Below are positions 12,241 through 25,355 of a DNA stretch of 64,000 bases, piece by piece; the stretch's first letter is position 1, and each line of letters opens with the position of its first letter. Under the pieces are notes generated by a model. The model ran no database searches. It was given only the letters and a program-made list of their open reading frames with translations, and was not told the origin of the DNA. The stretch comes from Mobula birostris (taxonomy: Eukaryota): the NCBI RefSeq assembly GCF_030028105.1, contig NC_092377.1:94246865-94310864 (forward strand). The letters are read 5' to 3'. Made by a program: the position numbers and the translations under genes.

Positions 12241-13267
12241 GGGATGATAAAGGAGAAACCTTTTCCAGAGTGGTTGATAATCTGGAACACTGACATTGGA
12301 AGTGATGCAGACAGATAGAATCACCATGTTTAAGAGGCATTTAGACTGACACACGAATAGGCAAGGCATATGGGAACTGATCAGCACTAATGTACTAATG
12401 TAACAGGCTGAATGGCCCATTCAGAAATGTTTGATCACACAGAACAAAATAGCCTAATGGATCAGCACCTTACCACAAAGTTAAACATTAATTCACTCCA
12501 TCATCTGCACACCATGATTATACCATCTACAAAATGTATTACAGTTACTTGCCTGGCCCACTCCAACATAATCTCCCAAATCAGGCATCTCATCTGCCAG
12601 GTGACAACTGCAATAAATCTTTGGCAACACCATCAACTACAGGTCCAGCTTCAAATGAATAGCATAAATGGCAGCGATGCTTCACTACCAGATGAACTCA
12701 ACGCCTTCTATGCCACCTTGAAAGGGAGAACACAACTACAGCTGTGAAGATCCCTGCTGCACCCGATGCCCCTGTAATCTCCGTCTCAGAGGCCGATGTT
12801 AAGCTGTCTTTAAAGAGAGTGAACCCTTGCAAGGCAGAAGGTCCAGATGGAGTACCTGGTAAGGCTCTGGAAACCTGTGCCAACCAACTAGTGGAAATAT
12901 TCAAGGACACTTTCAACCTATCACTGCTACGGGCGGAAGTTCCCACTTGCTTCAAAAAGGCAACAATTATATCAGTGCCTAAGAGGAATAACATGAGCTG
13001 CCTAAATGACTATCGCCCGGTAGCACTCACATTGACAGTGATGAAACGCTTTGAGAGGTTGGTCATGACTAGACTGAACTCCTGCCTCGCAAGGACCCGG
13101 ATCCATTACAATTTGCCTATCGCCACAATAGGTCAACGGCAGACGCAATCTCAATGGCTCCCCACACAGCTTTAGACCACCTGGACAACATAAACACCTA
13201 TGTCAGGAACACACATAAAAGTTGCTGGTGAACGCAGCAGTCAGGCAGCATCTATAGGAAGAGGTAC

Positions 13268-13303
13268 AGTTGACGTTTTGGGCCGAGACCCTTCATCAGG
13301 ACT
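13268..13303 (-). ncRNA. Hammerhead ribozyme of the Penelope 3' end, probably inactivated
   Basis: AGUCCUGAUGAAGGGUCUCGGCCCAAAACGUCAACU: the GAAA box has become AAAA and the stem I strand GACU has become AACU. Both changes are CpG-type transitions. Confidence 0.7.
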
Positions 13304-13507
13304 AACTGAAAGAAGAGCTAGTAAGAGATTTGAAAGTGGGAGGAGGAGGGGGAGATCCGAAATGATAGGAGAAGACAGGAGGGGGAGGGATGGAGCCAAG
13401 AGCTGGACAGGTGATTGGCAAAAGGGATATGAGAGGATCATGGGATGGGAGGCCCAGGGAGAAAGAAAGGTGTGTGGGGGGGGGGGGGGGAGGACAGCCC
13501 AGAGGAT

Positions 13508-13668
13508 NNNNNNNNNNNNNNNNNNNNNNNNNNNNNNNNNNNNNNNNNNNNNNNNNNNNNNNNNNNNNNNNNNNNNNNNNNNNNNNNNNNNNNNNNNNNN
13601 NNNNNNNNNNNNNNNNNNNNNNNNNNNNNNNNNNNNNNNNNNNNNNNNNNNNNNNNNNNNNNNNNNNN
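13508..13668. other. Assembly gap (161 N) inside the Penelope 3'UTR
   Basis: Run of N next to a poly-G and purine-rich tract. Confidence 1.
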
Positions 13669-16600
13669 TACGAGGGAGAGGTGGGGCATTAATGGAAGTT
13701 AGAGAAATCAATGTTCATGCCATCAGGTTGGAGGCTACCCAGACAGAATTATAAGGTGTTCCTCCAACCTGAGTGTGGCTTCATCTTTACAGTAGAGGAG
13801 ACTGTGGATAGACATATCAGAATAGGAATGGGATGTGGAATTAAAATGTGTGGCCACTGGGAGATCCTGCTTTCTCTGGCGGACAGAGCGTAGGTGTTCA
13901 GCGAAATGGTCTCCCAGTCTGTGTCGGGTCTCGCCAATATATAGGATGCCACATCGGGAGCACCAGACGCAGTATATCACCCCAGCCAACTAAGGGGTAA
14001 AGTGTCGCCTCATCTGGAAGGACTGTCTGGGGCCCTGAATGGTAGTGAGGGAGGAAGTGTAAGGGCGTGTGTAGCACTTGTTCCGCTTACAAGGATAAGT
14101 GCCGGGAGGGAGATCGGTGGGGAGGGATGGGGGGGGGGGGAAACGAATGGACAAGGGAGTTGCATAGGGAGCGATTCCTGCGGAAAGCAGGGGGGAGGGG
14201 AGGGAAAGAAAGATGTGCTTAGTGGTGGGATCCTGTTGGAAGTGGCAGAAGTTGTGGAGAATTATATGTTGGACCCGGAGGCTGGTGGGGTGGTAGGTGA
14301 GGACAAGGGGAACCCTATTTCTAGTGTGGTGGCAGGAGGATGGGGTGAGAGCAGATGTGCGTGAAATGGGAGAGATGCGTTTGAGAGCAGAGTTGATGGT
14401 GGAGGAAGGGAAGCCCCTTTCCTTAAAAAAGGAGGACATCTCCTTCGTCCTGAAATGAAAAGCCTCATCCTTAGAGCAGATGCGGCGGAGACGGAGGAAT
14501 TGCCAGAAGAGGATGGCATTTGCGAGAAGAGGAATAGCCCAGGTAGCTGTGAGAGTCCGTAGGCTTATAGTAGACATCAGTACCTTATCTCTGGAGACAG
14601 CTTGAGACAGAAAGATCTAGAAAGGGGAGTGAGGTGTCGGAAAAGGACCAGGTAAACTTGAGGGCAGGGTGAAAGTTGGAGGCAAAGTTAACGAAGTCAA
14701 TGAGCTCAGCATGCATGCGGGAAGCAGCGCCAATGCAGTCGTCGATGTAGCGAAGGAAAAGTGGGGGATAGATATCAGTATAGGTTTGGAACATGGATTG
14801 TCCCACAAAGCCAACAAAAAGGCAGGCATAGCAGGGACCCATATGGGTGCCCATGGCTACACCTTTAGATTGGAGGAAGTGGGAGGAGCGAAAGGAGAAA
14901 TTATTAACAGTAAGGACTAAATCCGCTAGACAGAGCAGAGTGGTGGTAGAGGGGAACTGGTTGGGTCTAGAATCCAAAAAGAAGCGGAGAGCTTTGAGAC
15001 CTTTCTGGTGGGGGATGGAAGTATATCGGGACTGGACATCCATGGTGGAAATAAAGCGGTGGGGGCCAGGGAACTTAAAATCATCAAAAAATTTCAAAGC
15101 GTGAGAAGCACGAACATATGTAGGAAGGGATTGACAAGGGGGGATAAAACAGTGTCGAGGTATGCAGAAATGAGTTCAGTGGGGCAGGAGCAAGCTGAGA
15201 CAATGGGTCTACCTGGACAGGCAGGTTTGTGGATCTTGGGTAGGAAGTAGAAACAGGAAGTGCGGGGTGTGGGAACTATAAGGTTGGTAGCAGTGGATGG
15301 GAGATCCCCTGAGCGGATAAAGCTGGTGATAGTGTGGGAGACAATGGCCTGGTGCTCCTTAGTGGGGTCATGATCAAGGGGTAGATAAGAGGAGGTATCC
15401 ACGAGTTGTCGCTGTGCCTCGGCAAGTTAGAGGTCAGTACGCCAGACTACAACAGCACCCCCCCTTATCGGCGGGTTTTATAGTAAGGTTAGGATTGGTG
15501 TGGAGGGAGTGGAGAGCAGAGCGTTCAGAAGGAGTGAGGTTGGAATGGGAACAAGGTGTGGTGAAGTCAAGACGGTTGATGTCCCGTCAGCAGTTAGGAT
15601 GCCAGTTAGGCAGTTAGGACCTATGTCAGGATGCTGTTTATCGACTCTAACTCAGCATTCATTACCATAATTCCCCAATCCTGATTGAGAAGTTGCAGAA
15701 CCTGGGCCTCTATACCTCCCTCTGCAATTGGATCCTCGACTTCCCAACTGGAAGACCACAATCTGTGCAGATTGGTGTTAACATATCCTCCTTGCTGACC
15801 AACACTGGCACACCTCAGGGGTGTGTGCTTAGCCCACTGCTTTACTCTCTATATACACACGACTATGTGGCTAGGCACAGCTCAAATACCATCTATAAAT
15901 TTGCTGATGATACAACCATTGTTGGTAGAATCTCAGGTGGTGATGAGAGGACATACAGGAGTGAGATATGCCAACTAGTGGAGTGGTGTCGCAGCAACAA
16001 CCTGGCACTCAACATCAGTAAGACAAAAGAGCTGATTGTGGACTTCAGGAAGGGCAATATGAAGGAACGCATACCAATCCTCATAGACGGATCAGAAGTA
16101 GAGAGAGTGAGCAGCTTCAAGCTCCTGGGTATCAAGATCTCTGAGGATCTAACCTCGTCCCAACATAATCTATGTAGTTATAAAGAAAACAAGACAGCGG
16201 CTATACTTCATTAGGAGTTTGAAGAGATTTGGCATGTCAACAAATACATTCAAAAGCTTCTATAGATGTACCGTGGAGAGCATTCTGACAGGCTGCATCA
16301 CTGAGTGGTATGGGGGCTACTGCACAGGACTGAAAGAAGCTGCAGAAGGTTGTAAATCTAGTCATCTCCATCTTGGGTACTAGCCTACAAAGTACCCAGG
16401 ATATTTTTAGGGAGCGGTGTCTCAGAAAGGCAGTGTTTATTATTAAGGACCTTCGGCACACAGGACATGCCCTTTTCTCACTGTTACCATCTGGTAGGAG
16501 GTACAGAAGCCTGCAGGCACACACTCAGCAATTCAGGAACAGCTTCTTCCCCTCTGCCATCCGATTCCTAAATGGACATTGAACCCTTGGGCACTACCTC

Positions 16601-18504
16601 ACTTTTTTAATATACAGTTTTTCCGATGTTTGCATGTTTTTTAATCTGGTCAATATATGTATACTGTAATTGATTTACTTATTTATTATTGTTTTTATTT
16701 ATTTCCCCTTCTATATTATTTATTGCTTTGAACTGCTGCTGCTAAGTTAACAAATTTCACGCCGCATGCCCCTGATAATAAACCTGATTCTGAGATGACA
16801 CCTATTAGCAGAGCTTCATTAATTGGCATGTTTTGGTTACTCAGGAGCATAATTGCTATTTATTTCAGAGTTCTTGTCGATTTAACATGCTGACCAGTTT
16901 CAGTTCCAATCAGACAAGCAAAGAGAATTAACTATTTAATTTTAAACAAATAATTTTAATCCAAATAATTAAGCATTGCAATACTGTAATCAAATGGAGA
17001 ATTATTTTATGCATACTAGACAGTCAAAATAAAATTTACCAGTAAGAAAGTGCAAAGGGAGTGCTAACAGAACAATAAGCAGGATGTATTGCTTCATGAT
17101 ACCAAAAAGATTGCTGGAGAAACTCAGTGGGTCAAGTAGCATCTGTAGAGCCAAATGGATAGTCAGTCAACGCTTTGGGTTGAAACCCCATATCAGGACT
17201 TACTTCACAATATAAGTTTGCCTAGTGTACACAATTGTCAAGGCCACAAATGTGTATTATTACATGATGTTCTAAGAATTTTAACCTATATCAGAGCTGA
17301 TTTATGCAATCCTAGTAACCATTGCTTAAAACTAAAATGACTATTTACAAGTAATTATATTTTCTTACAAATGTACCCAATTCCTTCTCACACTTTTTTT
17401 AAAATCCTCCAAAATACAAGGAGTCAAATTGAAGCAAAATCAATGTGTAGCCAGACAAGGTAGAGGCACTTGCAAGTAAGCAGAAATGAATGGAATTAAC
17501 AGCGAATTTTCAAGACCTGTGGGGGTGAGGGGGGACCCTTGAGCTTGCCATACTTGAAAAAAAAACATTATTTCTGATGACAAGCAGCCTGGAAAATATA
17601 TTTCTTTATTTTCCTTATTGTAATTGCAAAAAAAAAGTAACTGCACCAACTTGTCATTATTTAGAGAATTATTTAATTGTCTCAAAAGAAAACACTCACT
17701 AGTTAGAAATCTCCAGGGCGGCATCCCTCCTCAGATAAAAGCATCAAATGACATGATACTTGCATCTATTACAGAATAAGATCATTTTCATGTTGTAGAA
17801 TATATTCTATTTCCCTCCTTCTCTCTTCTGTCTTTTACTATTTTCTTTCAGGTGGGAATTGGTCTACTCTAATATGATGTTGTATGGCAGTATGCCTTGA
17901 GGAAATAATAGCTGCAGGCTGTATTTTCCAAAGCTAATGGAAGGCATATGGCCTTCATTGCCTTCTGCATCACATGCTCTTCACAAACCCACAGCACTTA
18001 ACATACTCCATTCCTTTTCCTTCTGCCTTTTGCTCTTGTATCTAACCTTTCCTGCTCCTTTGAACTATCCAGTGATTAATCTTCCTTCAACAGCAGACTG
18101 TGAGTGTTCATTAAATTCATCATTCAGGCTTTGTCCCGTTAGATCACTTTGTTTTTGCATTTTAATTTATTTGAATATATCAAACCAGGAAGAAGAAAAC
18201 TACAGCATTTCTTTACATTTTTCTCCCCAAGTTTCGATAATTAGAATGCTTTGAATTTCTAATTGCCAAAAGACATAAGAAGTTTAATTAGTTTTGATTT
18301 CTACTTTTAAATCAAAATTTAAAATTAAGATGGTGAATACAAACTGGTCTCCATCAACTTACATTTACTGAAATGTACTGTGTATATAAAAGCAAAAGTA
18401 GTTGTGCATTGTATGACAGGCACGCAGACTATCCCTCACACACAGCTTCCTTGAGATTCAGTGAATAGCAGGGTAATGACGTGTGACATTGGCTGTGGAG
18501 TGTA

Positions 18505-19980
18505 GCCTTGAAGTAAGGTGACCAAATCCCCAAGGACTAACCAAGTACACCCTGGATCTTGTGGGAGTCCAGAGAGGAAATCACAGGAGGCCTCGTAGAG
18601 CTATTTGCTTCGCGATTAGCCACTGGTGAAGTTGTAGAAGACTGGAGAATGACTAATGTTGTTCCACTGTTAAAGAACGACAGACCAGGGAACTACAGGC
18701 CACTGGAAGAAATTCTGAGGCACAAAATTTATCATCACTTGGATAATCAACGCCTGATCAGGAATAGTCAGCATGGTTTTATGCATGGGAGGTGAAATCT
18801 GCAAATCTTTTGGAGTTTTTCCAAAGAAGTAACTAAGGGGATAGATGAAGGTACCACAGTGGATGTTGTGTATACAAACTTCAGTAAGGCCATTGATAAG
18901 GTCCCGCATGGCAGGTTAATCTGAACAGTTAAATCTCAGGATTCAGGGGAGCTAAAATGACAGATTAATAGGTTGCAGTGGGTGGTGGCTCAAAGTCAAT
19001 GCTCTGAATGGAGGACTGTGACTAATGAATCCCCCAGGGTTTGGTGTTGGTAAGTCTTAATTACTACTTATGTAACTGATACGGACATGAATGTACATGG
19101 CACCATTATGCTAATGATGCCAATTCAGGGGTCCTTGCAATAGTGTATTTGCAAAGGGATCTTGATCATTTGGGGAAATAGGCTGAGGAATGATAAAGTA
19201 TTTCAACTTAAGTAAGTATGAGATAATGTTGTTTGGCACAGACAAACTAGGGTAGGACCTAAACAGTGAATAGCAGGGCAGAGAGGCGTTAAGGACAGAG
19301 AGACCTAGGAGTACAAGTGCATAGTTCACTGAATGTGGCCTCATAAGCAAACAGGTGGCGAAAAAGGTGCTTAGCAAGCTGGCCTTCATCAGTCAGGGCA
19401 TCGAGTTTAAAAGTAGGAACATTATGCAGCAGCTAGGCAAGTCATTGGTGAGATAGAACTTCGAATATTGTGTACAGCTATAGGAAAAACATTGTTTATC
19501 TGGAGAGGGTGTAGATAAGATTTACAAGGATGCTGCCTGAATTAGAGGGCCTGAGTTATAGGGAGAGGTTAGCCATGGCTGAATCTTTATTGGCAAATGG
19601 GGGGGGGGGGGGGGGGTGACATATTAAGGTTATAAAATCATGAGGGGTATGGATAAGAAAGACAGTCATAATCTTTTCCTTAGGGTTGGGGAGTCCAAAA
19701 CTACAGGACGCATATACAAGAGAAGAGGTTAAAAGAGACCTGAGAGGTAACTTCTTTACACACAGGATTGTGAGTACCTGGAATGAGCTGCCAGAAGAGG
19801 TTGAGGCAGTTATAATTGCAACATTTAACAGCCATTTGGATAGGTCACAGGGGGAGGGGGCTTGGAAGATTATGGGCCAAACAGGGGCAACAGTGACCAG
19901 CAGGGAGGATACGGTGGTCCCATGTACCAGTGGACCAAACAATCTGCTTCTTTGCTGTATTAACTCATTGAATCTATGAC
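18505..19980 (+). mobile_element. Degenerate CR1 LINE
   Basis: ELFAS.LATGEV.EDWR.TNVVPL.K..PGNYRP; IRNSQHGF.HGR; DLRGNFFT.R.V..WNELPEEV. Confidence 0.85.
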
Positions 19981-20589
19981 ACACATTCAGTTAGCACAAG
20001 GGTCAACTCTTGATTCTATTTGTCACCAGCAGCACAGAATTGTTGCACATGGAGAGAGAGAGAAGATTAAGAACAGATGACATGATGATGAATAAGGAAC
20101 TCTGAAAAGCAGTGTTTGCTGGGAAGTTCTGCACCTGATTTTTAGAAAAAAATCATCTGGAGAAGCAGCATCTGTGGACTAATAGGAACCTGTGGTTCAC
20201 TTCATACCTTCCACACATAGGTCATGAGTCTAGTGTTCACAACCTCTGCTGAAGTGAGGAAGCTTAGGTGGAATGATAGCTGTCATTCCATGCTGTTCAT
20301 TCCTTTTGTGTGAACAAACCATTCCATTCCAGGCAAGCATGCTTGGTGCTGCACGTTGGAAATTCTGCATGCAGCTGTGTGTACTCCCTAGCTTGAGTTT
20401 TCATATTTGCATACCTTGTTGTTTTCTGTACTGACCTCCCCTCTAGTCTTCCTTTGGTGAACATTGGAAGTACGTGGGCTAGGATCACTCAAAAGTAAGA
20501 TGGGCTATATGTTCAGAAGAAGTGTGATGCTTTGACCATGGATACTATTCATCCTCCAAATGTTACAAGCTAAAGAAATGCTCATTAGG

Positions 20590-21300
20590 GAGGGGTTGGT
20601 ATACATGCTCCTATTTACATCAATGGAGCTGAGGTTGAGAGGATTGAGAGCTTCAAATTCCTAGGACTTAAGGTCACCGTTGTAACCCACGGCCAAGGAA
20701 CCTCATCAGCGCCTCTACTTCTTCGAGAGGCTAAGGAAATTTGACATGTTCCCTTTGACCCTCACCAATTTTTAAATCATTGCATCATAGGAAGTATTGG
20801 ATGCATCCCAGGTGAGCATGGCAATTGCTTTGCCTGTGACCACAAGAAACTGCAGAGCTGTGGGGATAGCTCAGCAAATCACGGAACCTAGTCTCCCCTC
20901 CATGGACTCTGTCTGCACTTCTCACGGCCCTCATAAAGCAACCAGGATAATCAAAGGATACATCCACTTTTCTACCCCGCCCCCCCCCCCCCCCCACTGG
21001 ACACAAAAGCCTGAAAGGACATATCAAGGATAGCGTAATTCTAACTGCTAAGACCATTAAACTGTTCTCCTGGTACGATAAGATGAACAGCTAATCTCAC
21101 AATCTATCTTGTTATGGCTTTGGACCTTATTGTCTACCTGTGTTGCACTCTCTCTCTGTAATTATAATACTTTATTCAGCATTGTTATTGTTTTACTCTG
21201 TACTACCTGAATGCATTGTTGACCTGATTGAAAGATAACAAGGCAAGTTTTTCCTCTATACCTTGGTACATGTGACAACAGTAAACCAGTTTACCAATTA
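20590..21300 (+). mobile_element. Degenerate Rex1/Babar-like LINE 3' fragment
   Basis: Remnants of EVERIESFKFLG and QRLYF.RRLRKF; the tail is aaaccagtttaccaattatcaatt. Confidence 0.65.
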
Positions 21301-22099
21301 TCAATTTACATTAATCACCAGTTAATTAAAAATTGAAATCTGTCACCAACTAGCAATTATTCAAAATGCAACAGTATTCATGCTAACTAATTGTCTCTTC
21401 ACAAAAAAATTACAATATGGAACATAGCTAAAATCAACCACAAGTACAAAGAGAAACTAAACTGAATTTATCACGTGAATCTGAAGCTAATGTTTTAAAA
21501 TGGCTTAAGGATGAATGCTTTCAAGGGGAATTTAACATTACTGCGCTTTGGGAAGACATGATCAGTCTTGAGGGTAAATTGTTGTTAAAAATGATGGCAA
21601 GTTTCTGGGAAATATGAAAATAGCCACTATACTAATACTTTTCCTTATTCTATATAGAAACAGTCTCTAGTAAATGAAACCACTCATTTTCCTGTAGCAA
21701 AGCTACAATTCATCGGCTTTCAGAGTTGTCAACAACTTCTTTTTCCAAATAGTAGTTGCTATTTCTTCATGATTAGAAAAGTTACTTACTTATTTCAAAA
21801 CACCTAAATGGCTCGAATATACAAGCCACCTTGATGATCTTACCAACAATCTGTTGCGTTTGTTTTTAAAAGAGTGGTAGGTGCCTGGAATTAGCTGAGG
21901 TAGTGGTGGAGGCAGATATGATAGTGGCATTTAGGAGGCTTTCAAATAAACACATCAATATACAGGCAATAAACAAATAATGTGGAGGCAAAAAAGACTT
22001 ATTTTAATATTTCATCATGTTCAGCATAGTCATCTTGGGACAAGGAGCCTGTTGGACTCTTATGAGCTTAGTTTTGTGAACCTGTAGTTAGGATCATGG

Positions 22100-23200
22100 T
22101 TTGCATCCCAACATGAAGCAAACCTAAGGTGAAATGATTTTCTACAAGGAGGAAAATTTGAAGAAAGTGCTCTACAGTCCCTCCTGGTTGATTGAGTCAA
22201 AGGATTCAATACAGGTTGAAAGGTTCAATTCTAATGATTGGTGCTGTTTCTTAGCATCGGTTGTCATGTGGTGAAAGTTATATCAACTGTTCCTCCAGAG
22301 GGATAAAATCAAAATATGATTCAGCTGTAGCTCTTCAGCACTGGAAGGTGCTGGTTGAGAATGACCTTGTTATTATTATCCTGTGGACAAAAAGAGACTG
22401 CTCTGTAATTTGTCTCCTTTATTGAAGATGCTGATGACTTTGGCATTTTGGAGGTCACCTATAATATCACCTCTTCCCAGATACGGGCAATGAGATTATG
22501 GATATGTGACTGGAGCTCCCTACCACCAGATTTTAGAACATGGCAAAGACAGAATCTTGTTCTCAAGGCCTCCTTATTCAATTGGCAGATGGGCTTTGTT
22601 GGTCACGAGTGATGACAAGTCTAGACCAAATATACTGCAGCAGATGCTCACTCAAAAACCAAGAGACTGACTGCCTCTCTGTCCTTCGGTTCATTTGCAT
22701 ATTTTTCTCCCTAACTAGAGAAGGATCTTGGTTATTTGGGCCAAACGTGGCCTTGAGTGTATTATAAACATTGCACTGTCTGCAGTGCCTCCTGTGCTTT
22801 TTCCTCATGCCATCTGTCTTCTAGATCTCAGGTTTTCTGCTGCACGTGGTGGTTTTGATAACTCTTGAGACTTGCTTAATTAAGAAATGTTTCAATTGTG
22901 AATGATTAGCTGCAATATTCCCTGGTAATTCTCACCAAATCAATCCTGGTTTTTCTTGGTAGAGAAGCCAAAAATCTCTATATAGATGCGAATGAAGATA
23001 GACATCAGAGCACAGATCAGTGATTTCCACTGGCTTGCGAATCAAAAGATTACCTATGAAATGCTATCTACCTCTGTGGGGTCCTTCACAGCGTTGACAT
23101 TAAATTTCTACCTTTTCTGGTATTTTAGGGTCAAATCTATGGAGGTAACAGACTGGATTAAACACATCAGCAGTCATCTTGTTTTTGCTCAGACTAGGAA
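22100..23200 (-). mobile_element. Highly decayed RTE-clade LINE fragment
   Basis: The minus strand reads ..KAQEALQ....YNTLKATFGP...W.EHL..., and further on gtgacctccaaaatgccaaagtcatcagcatcttcaataaaggagacaaattacagagcagtctct (RTE-like dL.nA.vi.IF.KGD..NYR.vSL). Confidence 0.5.
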
Positions 23201-23466
23201 TGTCGCTATGGGGAAATTAGCTGTCAGTCTGAAAAGCAACCTGAATACACTCATAACTTTCTTCAGAACAGACTAAAATGTTTAATTCCTAGAAATTTTA
23301 AAATCAACTCTCAAAAACTTTAACTAAGATCCAAGAGATTAATCAAAAACATCAACAGATGATTAAAGAAACAGGAGAAAACAAAAAAAAAATGAAGTGA
23401 AGTCAGTGAAGTCCATCAGAGCTCCTAAGAATTGGGAACAGTACCAAGCATAAAAAGTGCTTTTCA

Positions 23467-23760
23467 ATGGGCAGTAGCCTCCCCAGCGTTGAGGACACCT
23501 TCAAAGAGCAATGCCTCAAAAAGGCAGCATCCCTCATTAAGGATTCCCATCACCCAGGACATACTCTCTTCTCAGTGCTACTATTAAGGTGGTGGTACAG
23601 GAGCCTGAAGGCACACACCCAATCCTTCAGGAACATCTGCTTCTCTTCTGCCATCAGATTTCTGAAGTTTTTTTTTATTATTATGTATTGCAAAGCACTG
23701 CTGCCACAAACCAACAAATTTCATGACTTATGCCTGTGGTATTAAACAGATTCTGATTCT
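23467..23760 (+). mobile_element. Rex1/Babar-like LINE 3' end
   Basis: CLKKAASLIKDSHHPGHTLFS.L...YRSLKAHT..FRN..F.SAIRFL; the tail is aaacagattctgattct. Confidence 0.8.
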
Positions 23761-24109
23761 AAAAAGACAACAAAAATTAGACATGGGAGAAACTTGCAAG
23801 AAATACCAAAACTAGCACAAAATATTAATTCTATTAGGAAAAAAGCAGGGCAAGTTAATTTAAAATCAGTAATTGCAGTAAAGAAACTGTAGGAAATAAT
23901 TACTTTGCACCATTTTCAAGCAGAAGAGGAAACCATACTAGACATTTGTAGGAAACTAATATTGAAACAAAAATATTTAACTAGCAGTCAAGTGATCTGG
24001 TACATTCTAACCCTGAAAAAGGGAAGGTAGAAATGCATGCATCTCTTTCTTATACAGTATTCATTTATACTAGCTTTGATTTTCTTCAGTCTCTCCAGTG
24101 CAGTCGGAT

Positions 24110-25355
24110 GAGTTTGTCTCTAGTAAGGCAAACTCATCAAGACTGAAGGTGTAGAGTTACCTGAAGGCCACATACCACATGTACAGGACAGTTACAAATA
24201 CCTGGGGGCGCTACAGGTGCATAGAAGGCATGATTAGGACACAGGGAAGGCTGAAACATCCAAGTACCTCCAAAGAGTGAGACAGCTGAATGGGAACAAC
24301 AAGATTAGAGTCATCAACACATTCTCCCTACCAGTCATCAGGTACCAGCCACAATAGTGTGCTGGCCAAGGAATGAACTGGAAGCCACTGACATCAAAAC
24401 CCAGAAACTACTAACAATACATAGACAATTCCATCCAAAGGCCAATGTCAAGCGACTGTACACCCACTGGAATAAAGGAGGACAGGGACTTGGAAGTTTC
24501 AAGGCCACAGTCCTGGAAGAAATGTGAAACATCCATGAGCATGTCAGGAAGATGGCCCCTAAGGATGACCCGCTTGGAGAATACCTCAGACAGCATGCAG
24601 GGGATATGGAAATGGAAGTGGTTGAAGCAGAGCCAGAGGATCAGAGATCATGGCAGGACAAGCCACTGCACATGATGTACCATCGCCAGATATCAGAGGT
24701 GTCTGACATAAGAAAGTCCTACCAAGGGCTGAAAATGGTAGGCAGAGGGGCAGCACAGAGACACTGCTCATGGCTGCACAAGAGCAATAGGAGCAGGGGT
24801 TTATCACACCAGATAAGACCCAAGATGCAGACTGTGCAAGATGCAGGCAGGGACAGCATACACTAAACTGCACAACCAAGTTGCAGGAATTGTGTACAGG
24901 AACATCTGCATTGAGTATGAATTGGACACTCCCAAGTCTAAATGGGAAACACCCAAGAAGGTACTGGAGAATGAGAGAGCTAAGGTCCTCTGGGACATCC
25001 AAATACAGACTGATAAGCAGGTACTTGCCAAACAACCATAGTAAAACTGGACAAGGAACAGAAGAAAGCAATAGTAATAGATGTGGCAATCCTGAATGAC
25101 AGTAACATCAGGAAGAAAAAATATGAGAAGCTGAAGAAATATCAGGGCAGATAGAAAGGACATGGAAGGTTAAAGCCAGAGTAATCCCAGCACTTGGGAC
25201 TGTGACACCTGGACTGGGAGAGTGGCTTCAACAAATCCCGGGAACAACATCTGAGATCTCAGTCCAAATTGAGCACACTATCAGGAAGAGCAAGGATACT
25301 GTGCCGAGCCCTCAAGTTCCCAGGCCTCTGGTAGAGGACCCAAGATTGAGGGAAA
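24110..25355 (+). mobile_element. R4/Dong (Rex6)-like non-LTR retrotransposon 3' part with restriction-like endonuclease, defective
   Basis: YKYLG..Q; INTFSLPVIRYP; W.DKPLH.MY; AGTAYTKLHNQVAGIVY.NIC...KVLENE.AK.LWD..IQTDK..L...P; AIVIDVAI.ND.NI.KK..EK (RHN and PD-(D/E)xK-type REL region). Confidence 0.85.

Larger units (their letters stand above)
13209..15618 (-). mobile_element. 5'-truncated Penelope-like retroelement (RT + GIY-YIG endonuclease), frameshifted
   Basis: RT motifs FYFLPKIHKP..PGRPIVS, TMDVQS.YTSIPH, Q.KGVAMGT.MGP.YA.LF and FLRYIDD. GIY-YIG motif GVIYCVWCSRCGILYIGET..RL...F.EH. The 13-bp TSD ACCTATGTCAGGA lies at 13196-13208 and 15619-15631. Confidence 0.95.
12610..16792 (+). 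mobile_element. Rex1/Babar-like LINE (RT to 3' end), interrupted by a Penelope element
   Basis: ORFs 12744-13175 (KAEGPDGVPG..L..CA.QL..IF..IFNLSL; LNDYRPVALT) and 15693-16214 ([21 protein letters not shown]; YKFADDTT). The 3' end is gataataaacctgattctga. The sequence is continuous across the Penelope TSD. Confidence 0.92.

Noticed and set aside
15591-15618. Interstitial telomeric repeat
   Set aside because: The unit is CAGTTAGG, not vertebrate TTAGGG, and it appears to derive from the element's own junction sequence.
19598-19616. Poly-G/C tracts (also ~13476, ~14128, ~20975) as functional G-quadruplexes
   Set aside because: They are homopolymer expansions inside decayed repeats, and their length is unreliable in assemblies.
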